Both the position numbers and the translations under genes were made by a program. A stretch of DNA of 63,736 bases, the filler included, from Phoronis australis (lineage: Eukaryota > Animalia > Phoronida), in the NCBI GenBank assembly GCA_002633005.1. It is 10 parts of 10 records of this genome, joined end to end, with 100 filler letters (N's around TTAATTAATTAA, not from the genome) between each part and the next. Parts side by side here need not be neighbours in the genome. Positions count along the whole stretch, not along the records: positions 44,246 to 54,770 come from NMRA01000505.1; positions 54,871 to 58,127 come from NMRA01003119.1; 8 more parts are not named here. One strand, written 5' to 3'. Below are positions 47,506-58,227 of this stretch, piece by piece; position 1 is the stretch's first letter, and each line of letters begins with the position of its first letter. A model generated the notes under the pieces. That model did not search any database and was not told where the DNA came from. It was given only the letters and a program-made list of their open reading frames with translations.

Positions 47506-48238
47506 TTAAGCATGACAGCGCCCGTTCCAACAAAACTGACTTAGCTAAGAAAAATCTTAATTTTTTTAAATGTTAAAATAAAAGTTAAATTTGTTTCAAA
47601 ACCAATTCAGTAAAGAGATCTTAAATTTGACTTAAGTGTTTGACATAAGTTTTGTCTTAATTTTGACTTACTTACCGAATGGAGGCATGGAACGCCAGAG
47701 CTCGTCAAAAATACCTTTTAAACAATTCCTGACTAAAATACCACCATGCGACATCTAGTACAGAGTAATTCACTTTCCCTTGTGAGAAAATTTTCAGAAA
47801 AACTCACAAAATTGATTTTTGAAATAAGCGCGAAGGAAAAACTTTGTGGTTACCACAGGGTTTCAAATCTCCTTCCTACTCATGATAAATTCGAAATTAA
47901 AAGAAAAAGCTTTGATAACTACAGAAATTAAAAATCTCTACGAACAAACAATAAAAGTAACTGGGTTACTTGCTGTTTGCATGAGGTCTAATCTTTTTGC
48001 TTGAAATCAAATTCAAAGTTTCACTTGGTACTTTCTGTTCCAGTTTTGATTGAACTGGGGATGAGTGTCTGCTTGAGTACATAATAGTTTCGGTATTATT
48101 CTAGTTTGCACTTAATCATGGACTCCTAAGTTCGAGGCTGATCTCTAAATTTCGAGTTTACTCTATTTAGGCACGAATTTAGATGTTATCACTGAGTGCG
48201 AACCTGGACTAGGTAAACATTTAGGCCTACGTAATGTA

Positions 48239-49697
48239 TCAGGTGTGCCAAAAAGTGAGCCATTTTTGACAAGTAATTTCTCAGCAACAGATGAACCGAT
48301 TTTGCAAATCTCTTACAAATGAACTTTAGGATATCATCAACCAATGTACAAAATTTCAAAGAGATCTGTGTCCAATTGTGCGAGTACTGTCAGGTCAAAA
48401 AATGTAGTATCAAAAGGAAGCTCGCTTATTTCAGTCTATGCTCAATGTTATGCGGCCTCCATCTTCCTCCACGTCTAAACGGAGTCGTTTCTTCCAACCA
48501 GGAATTCTTTTTCGTATTTCTTCCATCAAGATTTCCTCCCATGACATAATTACCCTGTCTTTTAACTCCTGCCCACTCAAGTTGTCTCTAACTCCCCAGT
48601 AAACTTGCTCCTTCAGAGAGTCCCTTATGGCATACTTCATTGAATTGCAGTCAGGACTGAGCGGAGGCCACTCATCCCTTTTTTGGTGTGTCCTCCCCCA
48701 GATGAGCCTGGGTTATCTTGCTCGTGTGTGAACGAGGTCCATGTAATTGTTCCCAGGATGAAGTCACTTGCAATCCGGGAGAAGATTTTCATCCAATAAC
48801 TGCATGTAGTGCTGACTGTTAACTTTGGCTCTATCAGTGTTAGTAAAATGAATATTTTTTTCCTTCCCAAAGATACTCCAGCGGAAACCATTACTTTTTG
48901 GAAAACCTGGAAGTCTCATAGAGTCGAGAAGGCTGAATTTTTTGTTTTTGTTTTTGTTTTCTATAAACACGATAGTTTTGGCGATTTTTAGCGATTGCTA
49001 GCGTAAAGTCTTTTTCATCAGTGAAAATGATTCGTTTCACATCAGTGGATGAATAGCGGTCATGCAAGTAGCGGGATTGAGCTTTTCCGTCTAACATTTT
49101 GATCTCTCCGTGATACCCTCATTCTTCTCTTGCGATTTTTGTCAGAGGTTTGTGATTCCCGGGTTGTTCTGCTGGGATTGAATCAGTTCCTCAACATTAT
49201 CCTCGTTTTTTTTCAAACATGCAGTCTTGGGTCTCCCACTGCCACTTTTACGCGCAACAGACCCTGTTTTTCGTATTTTAACAATAAGTCCCCACTCTTT
49301 TCTTGGGAACTCCCTTACGATTCTTCTTCAGCTCCAGCCTTTCTCCTTGAAACAGATTTCAATTGTAAATTGATCGCTTTCACTCAAAAGCATCCTCACA
49401 TACCGGGATATTGGACAAAATTGATTTGGATTGAGATCTGACAATAAAAACCAGTAGACTTGAGACCCAGGCAGGAATTTTTTGACTGACAGATGCAACA
49501 CAGCATGAACACGATGAAAGTGAGAGTGATAGTGCATTTTTCATCCCGATGTTTTGATTTTCACAGTACTTCCATAATTGTTATGTTTCTCTGAGATAAT
49601 TTGTAGATTTGATGATGACACCCTGAAGATACATTGTGAAAATTTTAATCGAATTCGCTTGACCAATTGCTAAGAAATTACTTTTTGGGACATCTGA
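48239..49697 (-). mobile_element. Degenerate Tc1/mariner transposon (maT/DD37D-like)
   Basis: TA-flanked TIRs TCAGGTGTGCCAAAAA / TTTTTGGGACATCTGA. Frameshifted transposase: IIFTDEKDF..NRQNYRVY, MVSAGVS, KVNSQHY, EQDN, SPDCNSMKYAI..LKEQVY, RLRLDVEEDGG. Confidence 0.85.
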
Positions 49698-49904
49698 TAT
49701 AATGTACTCGAGTACAGAATAACCCTTATCTTGAGATCGGGCAAAAGTAGAACGAAAATGCATAAAATTATTTCGAATTCGATTAGATCTCGGCCCCAAA
49801 ACAACTGCTGGAGTACTGTCTGGCATATAAATATGTAATTGTGTTCAACCCGGCCTATTTTTTTCATGCTTTATTGTCCTGTTACTCTGATGTAAAGCCA
49901 ACAT

Positions 49905-50034
49905 CATGGGCGGCTCAGCAGTGAAAAAAGTGGGGCTATAGCCCCATCTCCCTTGTGGTGCAACGCCCATAGACCATGGGCGGCGCAGCACTGAAAAAAG
50001 TGGAGACTATGGCCCCCAGCACCCTACGGCCATG
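49905..50034. mobile_element. Two tandem copies of the 44723-type MITE
   Basis: CATGGGCGGC..GAAAAAAGTGG appears twice. Confidence 0.65.
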
Positions 50035-50042
50035 ATACATAC

Positions 50043-50241
50043 CGTAGTGCTTCTCTGAGCTGAAAGTGGCTCCCATGATCAAGAACGTCACAAGAATTAA
50101 AAGTAGCGTTATCAATGCGACAACTGTGCGTTTCGCCGTTCCATTTGTACCCTCTGAAGGAATTTCATTTGTAGTTTCCATGTTTGGAAGCGTTGCGACG
50201 GCTTTATGTTGGCCGTTGTGCAAATCATCATCTAGCACTGG
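50043..50241 (-). CDS. Orphan exon encoding a transmembrane helix
   Basis: ttgcag...gtatgt, 199 nt, open. ...TAKRTVVALITLLLILVTFLIMGATFSSEKHY-G. Confidence 0.5.
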
Positions 50242-50435
50242 CTGCAAAGCAACAAATAATTTACTCAAAGTGGCAGACTTAAATAAACATTAAACAAGAA
50301 TTATGCGGTTTATTAAAGCAAAATAACACATATGCTGAGCTCTATTCCTACAACTGCAGAACAAGAAATTTCTTTCATTTCACGACTCGATTTTTCTTGA
50401 TGTAAGGAAATTAACCACTCAAAATATTAGAAAAA

Positions 50436-52341
50436 TATAAATTATTACATTGCGAAGTCGTTATCTTCCGTAATCTAGAGCCCGAGTGGGTTTTTCAGAA
50501 TTATCGCCCCGAGGGCCATAATTCTTCAAAGTCCACTCGGGCTCTTGATCAGGGGGATGACAACTGGAAACATGTAATAAATATAGATTATTACATGGCG
50601 AAGTCGTTATCCTCCGTAATCTAGAGCCCGAGTGGGTTTTGCAGATTTATCGCCCAAGAGGCGTTAGCCCCGAGGGCTCTAGATAAGGAGGATAACGACT
50701 GAGAACATGTAATAATCTATTTATACCACATACTGAACGAGAAACATTGCAATGAATCGATCTACCTTTCTCGACTCGCCTCGGCTTTGTAACTACTTTC
50801 TACGTCAGAGGCGCGGGGTCAGAGGTCATGACCTTTTAGGAAAACCTAGCTATTTTTGTCAAATAATGCTTATACTCAAAACCAATTGAAAATTTAAACA
50901 GAATAGGAATAAAGTGAATCTGTAAATTAAGGTTTAACAACTATTACAGCTTACTACACATTTTATCACGCTAAGCATCGACCGGGAAAATATCGTCTGC
51001 TAAAGTAGGTTGCCACTAGAATGCTCAAGTCAAAGGATCTCGACGACGTGATACCCGCATTCAAATTGGAGATCGGTGATTTACAAGTGAGAGAACACGA
51101 GAGAAAAAAATCACAGAATTGAAATATCGTTTTTATGGAAATTATGCGTCTTAGTTTTCATAGCGTATAAATGTCGGGGCAATGCCCTTTGCTGAACATG
51201 CGATTGTTGCGCGTGCTCATTTAAGTATTCTATTTTCACGTTCGATGACGTCAGCCGCTGAGTGGTGTAGTGGTAGTCGGCGACTCGAAACTATGAGGCC
51301 CGGGTTCGAATCCGGCCTCGGTTTCCCGCCAAAGTGTTATCTCACTAGTGAGATAACTATATGGGTTATTACACGGTTGTATCTGCCATTCGAGGCTAAT
51401 ATTGTGGTATAAATATAGATTATTACACGGCGAAGTCGTTATCCCCCGTTATCTAGAGCCCGAGTGGATTTTGGAGAATTATCGCCCTAGGGGCATTAGC
51501 CCCGAGGGTGATAATTCTCCAAAATCCACGAGGGCTCTAGATAAGGGGGATAACGGCTGAGAACATGTAATAATCTATTTATACCACATATTAAACGAGA
51601 AATAATTATACCACAACTCATAAAGTTATTACAGGGTTGTAGCTGCCATTCGAGGCTAATATTGTGGTATAAAAAGTTATACCACTCAGCGGCTGACGTC
51701 ATCGAACGTGAAAATAGAATATACTTCTAAAAATGAGCACGCGCAACAATCGTAAGTTCAGCAAAAGGCATTGCACCGACATTTATACCCTATGAAAAAT
51801 AAGACGCATAATTTCCATAAAACCGATATTTTAATTTAGTGAAATTTTTCTCTCGTGTTCTCTCACTTGTAAATCACCGATCTCCAATTTGAATGCGGGT
51901 ATCGTGTCGTCGGGATCCTTTGACTTGAGCATTATAGTCAGTTACTAGTGGTAACCTACTATAGCAGACGATGTTTTCCCGGTCGAAGCTTAGCGTGATA
52001 AAATGTGTAGTAAGCTATAATAGTTGCTAAACCTTAATTTATAGATTCACTTTATTTCTATTTTGTTTAAATTTTCGATTGGTTTTGAGTAAAAGCATTC
52101 TTTGACAAAAATAGCCCAGCTTTTTCTTAAAAGGTCACGATCTCCGATCCGACCCCGGGCCTCTGACATAGAAAGTAGTTACAAAGCCGAGGCGAGTCGA
52201 GAAAGGTAGATCGATTCATTGTAATGTTTCTGGCTCAGTATGTGGTATAAATAGATAACGCCCCTCGGGCGATAATTCTCCAAAATACACTCGGGCTCTA
52301 GATAACGGGGGTTAACGACTTCACCATGTAATAATCTATAT
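50436..52341. repeat. ~1.9 kb foldback / multi-hairpin palindromic element
   Basis: Inverted arms 50715-51266 and 51681-52257. Repeated hairpin modules (TAGAGCCCGAGTGG...GGGCTCTAGA) at 50436-50580, 50581-50730 and 51404-51588, with a half module at 52255-52341. Confidence 0.85.
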
Positions 52342-53299
52342 GTATCGTACTCCGTAGGCTTGGCCACTAGTTTTTAAAGGAGAAAGCAACTTTTTTCATG
52401 TCAGAGGTCGCATTTTCGCACCCTTTTTAATTCACTTTCCTATCTTTAGATTTCTCTGCGTTTTAAAGGATTTCTCGTCTTTTTGCCTACTGTTGCCCTG
52501 TATTAGATTTTCCCGACTTTTTTTCAAATTTCCCCGCCTTGTTATATTTTCGCGCCTTTTTTACATTTTCCTGCCCTTGTTAAAACAATTTTCTCGACTT
52601 TTTAAAATTTCTTACACCTTTTTAAAGATTTTCTCTCCATCGTTTCATAGGTTGCGCAGCACTAGTTTAAGTCGAGGAAGGGTTAATTGTCGATGCTGTA
52701 AGCCTCCGCCACTGAGACCAATGATCCAGTACTCCCATAGGAGAGGTATAGTGGACGTGTCGCCCAAAAGGGTGACATTTTCGACAAATTCCTCTCTAAA
52801 AAGGTGCGATTTTGTAATGTTTAAAACAAATCTACGCGAAAATGGGTAGGTATCTTCATTTTCAGAGTCACCTCCGTCAAAAAATGCTCGAGTATCTCCC
52901 TCCAGTACAGTTATCAAGTGTTTTTAATAATTACTGCAAGAAATTTTATCTTAAAAAATAACAACGAAAAGGAGACACACGGTGCTTGAAGTATAACGAT
53001 CCTTGTAGTGTAACGATGCTTGTAGTGTAACGATGCTTGTAGTGTTTTGTGTGTTGAGAACTGTGACAGAATTGTCAATGGTGTCCGCGACAGTTACATC
53101 AAGTTTAATCTTCTAGACTTAGAAGTGACACTTTGGAGAATATAATTAAAACTGATTTGTCGCGCAGGTGAACTGTCTCAACAGCATGTAAAAAACTATC
53201 AGCGGAGGACAATGTTTGTCACACAAGGCACAAGGTGTTTTGTAAAATAATGCACGAGAACTCATTACGAGGACAACAGTCCTGCCAGAGGCAAAACAT

Positions 53300-53900
53300 G
53301 TTAGTGTTGTGACAGTTGTGGCCATTTTTGGCGACCTCTAAAATTTGCAAAGTACAACAGAGATCTCTGCGACAGCAAAACTACCATCAACAACAGAGAA
53401 GAGGATAAGCTAGAGAGTGTAAAGGTGAAATCGTGGTCGGAATCACCGACTAGGACACAGAAATGTACTCAGAACAGAGGAGGACGAGATGATGGAACAA
53501 TGCAGCATCAAGTGTTCGGTATAAATTCAAATCATGAATGTACAAATTCTGATGATATGAATGCCAGTCACAGTACACGTCGGTACCTAGTAATTAAGCC
53601 TAACTCACACATATCCTAAGTTAGCAATTACTTTTGCAGATTGCAATTTGTCACTAGCTACACTGAAAAACTAATTAGGTAGCGAACATCTGTTGAAGTC
53701 ATGTTATGATTATTGGTGTTCATGGCAAACCACAGAAAGCCTAATGGTAAAATTGTACTTCCAGCTGTGTAGGGCTAATAAGAATCAAAGACACAAAGTG
53801 CTAGAGTTTCTTGTACTGGACAAATACATTTGTCAGATCGTGGTGACAGTGAAATTAAATGTGGTCCAGAGAGTGTTTGAAGTCGACTCTCAGAAGCAAA
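53300..53900 (+). mobile_element. Possible decayed Gypsy/LTR gag-protease remnant
   Basis: PBS-like TTTTTGGCGAC at ~53325 and VTVKLNVVQRVFEVDS, which resembles a retropepsin N-terminus. Weak. Confidence 0.25.
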
Positions 53901-54260
53901 ATGCTGTGAAATCACGACTGTTTTGTAAGAAAATACATGTGTGTTTGAAGAAACAATTGGGTGTAGGCTATTCCAGGGTTCGTCTATCAGTGGCCACCAG
54001 TAGTTCACCCTCCCAGACCCCAGTTCCCGCTGATATCAGAGAGCAGATAAAAGTCGGTGGAATTAGACCATTTAGAAAGGTGTGGCATTATCGCGAAAGT
54101 CACTGAGCCAACACAGGGCCTTGGGTGTCTCCCTATTAGTAGGCCTTTGTTCGGAAACGCAATCATAGAGTCAGGTTGTGCCTTGATCCTTCTATAGCTT
54201 AACTTAAGGCTATTTTGCGTGAACACCACCTAGTGATTTCAATTAATGCATAGATACTTG

Positions 54261-54482
54261 CAGAGCTGCCACCCCCTTTTGATTGAAATACAGACTCTTT
54301 GACACAAAAATACAGATTTTTTTAGCCAAATACAGAACATTCCATGCCGATGTAGGGGTGTGATTGTTGCGTACATTTTTAGGGCATGGGCAAGGCAAGT
54401 GTAAACGATCACGTTCGATAGGAAGCATACAATATTATTGTAAAGTTAAGTATCATCCTGAAAATGAAATACAATACTCATA
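54261..54482 (+). repeat. Dispersed repeat, near-identical to 45122-45336
   Basis: Colinear match. Confidence 0.85.
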
Positions 54483-56346
54483 TTGACAGAAAATATGGTT
54501 TATTTTGCAATTCACAAAAACATGTTTTTGTGACAGTCTTCTAGGAATATAAAATATTCAAGCATATCACTTAAAACAATAGTCTATGGTTTTGTTCCTT
54601 AGACATCATCAGATCAATCAAAGTTCTGATAAAGTTAGTCAAGCCCTCTCAAAGATGGTGACATGGCATTAGAGTCACCAACACTTGATCCCTGTAGTCC
54701 TAAATATGTTGCACTTTTGGCTTTCTTCAGGAACTCATGGGAAAATTTTTGTTCATAACAGGGTGTTTGTNNNNNNNNNNNNNNNNNNNNNNNNNNNNNN
54801 NNNNNNNNNNNNNNTTAATTAATTAANNNNNNNNNNNNNNNNNNNNNNNNNNNNNNNNNNNNNNNNNNNNAGTAACATAATATTATCTCAAGGCAGAAAA
54901 GTAGTTATTACTTACCCTATACTGGGACCAGTAACGGCAAAAACGCTGAAATGCGAGCGTGTACTGATATATCAACACTTGATTCAACCACTGAGGCGCC
55001 TCCGTGTCTCCGACTTATTTAGAAAACAACCTCGTCGGATTCTCTCAGAATACTGATGGGAGCTTTTTGTAGGCTTCCGTTATTTCCGCGTTCTCTTTTA
55101 GTTCTCGTTCGTCTAAATATCAAATTCCGCGACTTAGATATGGCCATCTGTTTTCAGTTAGTGATTTGCGTTTGCAACCGTTATTTGTCATTTTAAATCA
55201 GCAGACTTCATTGGGTATTTCCGTGTAGCAGCTGTTGGTATTTCTAGTTTTTTAGTTTTTCCCCAGCTCACGTGTTTTACACATTTTTAAAGCCTCTGCT
55301 TTCTTTCACAGTCTAAGCCTTGGTGTGATATTGCTTCAAAAGTTTGAGAAAACCCAAGCAGGGGAAACCGGTATGACAAAATTACTTTTTTCCAAACATC
55401 GGCGGTTCTCACATCGCCAAGCTGGGAAACACCGTAACTTCAACAGAGTGGTTGTGTATGAATTTCAAGCTTCGTGCTGAAACACGTGCGCTCCAACAAA
55501 AACTTGGGTCACGTACCATTTTGTTCAGATTCAGACTGCCCTAGGCGATTTGTGGTAACTTTTTATGTTTATGCCCAATCAAATTCATTTAGGACGTCAG
55601 TCAATTGTTCTTGCCTTCCGAAAAATCTCAACTCTGACATAGCATTAATTCCGCTGATGGGTCCGCTACGATGCTGCGAAGCGTACTTGAAGCCCTCACG
55701 CCAGCCTCAAATTCGCGCGGGCGGCGTTCGCTTTAGATTCATTTTGCTACGTCATCACTTCCTTAGGGTCTATTTTTCGTTAGCATACCACATTGGTATG
55801 TTCTTGAGCCGACCTACTGATCGAGTAGAATAAAAAGTAGCAATCTAGTGGTTAGGTCGACAAGCAAGTTCGTGATCAGCATGTCTACACTGCCCGGGAG
55901 ATTAGAGTTACTCTGGCTCCACGTGGCCAAGACCTGATGCTGCAATGAAAAGTAATTAAACTTGAATGAGCTGTTGCGACATGGACCCCGTGTTTTGGAA
56001 CCCACTCCCCCCCCTTCCCCGATGAATAGGCCTATATGTCTATGGTTAACAAGTTGTCTGTTCGACATACTAAGGTGTTAGTTGATGTAAGCCCAACAAT
56101 AATCGGTTCTCTATCAGCGCTGTCGGTTAGCTCGTATAAATCTAAAACTTTCAGTTTGACGAAATTTTATGCCAGTTGTCGCTGCTTAGTCGCCTTCCGA
56201 CGCAAATTAACTTTTTATTTGGGTCATTTACCGTTATGAACATGGTCTCAGGTTGCTCCTTTCTCAGATTAGAAATTATTCCTGGTCTATGCGATCAACT
56301 GACACTTTTGTTATGGCTCACGAATCTGAATTTAGCTTGAATAACC

Positions 56347-56412
56347 GCTCGCTGGTTCCCTGCGTGCTTAGCCCAGCCCGCCCCACCTAGCGGCACGCAG
56401 GGAACCAGCGGG
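56347..56412. mobile_element. 66-bp hairpin element with 8-bp TSD
   Basis: Perfect 18-bp stem CGCTGGTTCCCTGCGTGC / GCACGCAGGGAACCAGCG; GAATAACC on both sides. Confidence 0.6.
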
Positions 56413-57236
56413 GAATAACCGGGGTAGTCGTCATGTCAAGTAGTCTTCCCAGGTCCTGAAACAAGCTGAAACACGTTTCATAACTCTAGAGTTGCCTGAA
56501 ACCAAAAGTTATTTTTTCATTGGCAAAAGATGGGCTGATGTTGCACCTTAAAAGTTGTAGGCCTACTAGTCCCCAGATGATGTTGACTTCTATCGAACAA
56601 TCTGAGCAGTTTTCATTGAATTAAAATCAAGTATGCATTTATGGGAGATCAAGAACGCATATGTGGAAACGAATCTCTGGACTGCTTCGCTTGTTTTCAG
56701 CAAAGGTACAGTCAATGTGCCTGTTTCGGATCACTCTTCAAACCTACGGCGCTAGTGAACGACCACTTACGCCAGCCACAGTAACAGACATATCGAAATA
56801 CTGTCCCGGTAGAAAATGCCTTCTTGTTTCTGACGATCTGTATATTATGGACGAGTCAGTGAGATTTTCATTTTGTCAAATTTCTCAACAAGAAAATTTA
56901 CATGTTTTGTTCAGTATGAAGCAGTGTTGTTTCCGAGCAACGTTTGATATTTTTTGACATTGTGTCTACCTGAAAAATAGAAACATTTTGGCAATTACTT
57001 TCGTCCGCACCAAATTTTAAGCTAGTAACAAAATGTTCGAACTTTAACTGGCGCATTTTATATGTTGGTACAAAAGTTGATATTTAGTTGAATAATCATT
57101 ATGTTTAGCTTAGGTTGAGTCGGAAAATCCAAGCTTCAGTCGTACATGTAATCATTGCGAAACCACTCCCACGCTGATTTAACGATGTTAGCTAGAATTC
57201 CTGTACTGGAGGCTATTGGGAAGAAAACACAACTAT

Positions 57237-57869
57237 GTCAGCAGACAACATAAGCACTGAATCAGCTTCGCTAACGAGACCCTGATTGATATTCGTGGCC
57301 TATTGACCCATCAAAATCTGTTAAGACGGCTGCCACTTCGTCTTGTTAGGGCGAGTTGCTTTTCAAGAGCAGGTCAGGTATCCGGTTTATAAAAAGTCAT
57401 TTATAATTCAAAAAACTTTCTGACAATTTTGCTATGGAGCTTGAAGAACACATATTTCACGAATGAGAATTTTCGTCTTACGCTCCATCCAACCTTTTTA
57501 AAACAGACTTGAGGAATAATGTCGTACAAGGTCTCTGAAAATAAACATGCAATNGTCAGCAGACAACATAAGCACTGAATCAGCTTCGCTAACGAGACCC
57601 TGATTGATATTCGTGGCCTATTGACCCATCGAAATCTGTTAAGACGGCTGCCACTTCGTCTTGTTAGGACGAGTTGCTTTTCAAGAGCAGGTCAGGTATC
57701 CGCTTTATAAAAAGTCATTTATAATTCAAAAAACTTTCTGACAATTTTGCTATGGAGCTTGAAGAACACATATTTCAGGAATGAGAATTTTCGTCTTACG
57801 CTCCATCCAACCTTTTTAAAACAGACTTGAGGAATAATGTCGTACAAGGTCTCTGAAAATAAACATGCA
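57237..57869. repeat. Tandem duplication, 318-bp unit, 2 copies joined at a single N (probable assembly artefact)
   Basis: Near-identical copies with an N at 57554. Confidence 0.8.
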
Positions 57870-58227
57870 GTTGGTAGCTCAGATAACTTGTATAAATTAT
57901 GTCATTTTCTAACGATTTTTGTCAAGAACATGGTCCTGAAAGTGTGAAGTAGAAGCGTAAATCAAAATTTCCGTCTTAAAGATGATTTTTATATTTTCAT
58001 GCTCTTTACTAGGTTAATGTATAGCAGGAACTAAACGACAATCCCATTTGAACACCAACTACTCTTGTTTAAAGCAGTAGCGGATTTAGAAGGGGGCCAA
58101 GGGGGCCATGCCCCCCCCTAAAATTCTNNNNNNNNNNNNNNNNNNNNNNNNNNNNNNNNNNNNNNNNNNNNTTAATTAATTAANNNNNNNNNNNNNNNNN
58201 NNNNNNNNNNNNNNNNNNNNNNNNNNN

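Noticed and set aside
51255-51325. Functional tRNA gene (likewise 15033-15115 and 10969-11035)
   Set aside because: A and B boxes are present, but the acceptor and anticodon stems do not pair properly.
56661-56957. ORF as PSMB4 exon 1
   Set aside because: No resemblance to the PSMB4 propeptide and no convincing phase-2 donor.
57237-57869. 318-bp tandem duplication as a biological event
   Set aside because: The copies are joined at a single N and are almost identical; probably unmerged contig overlap.
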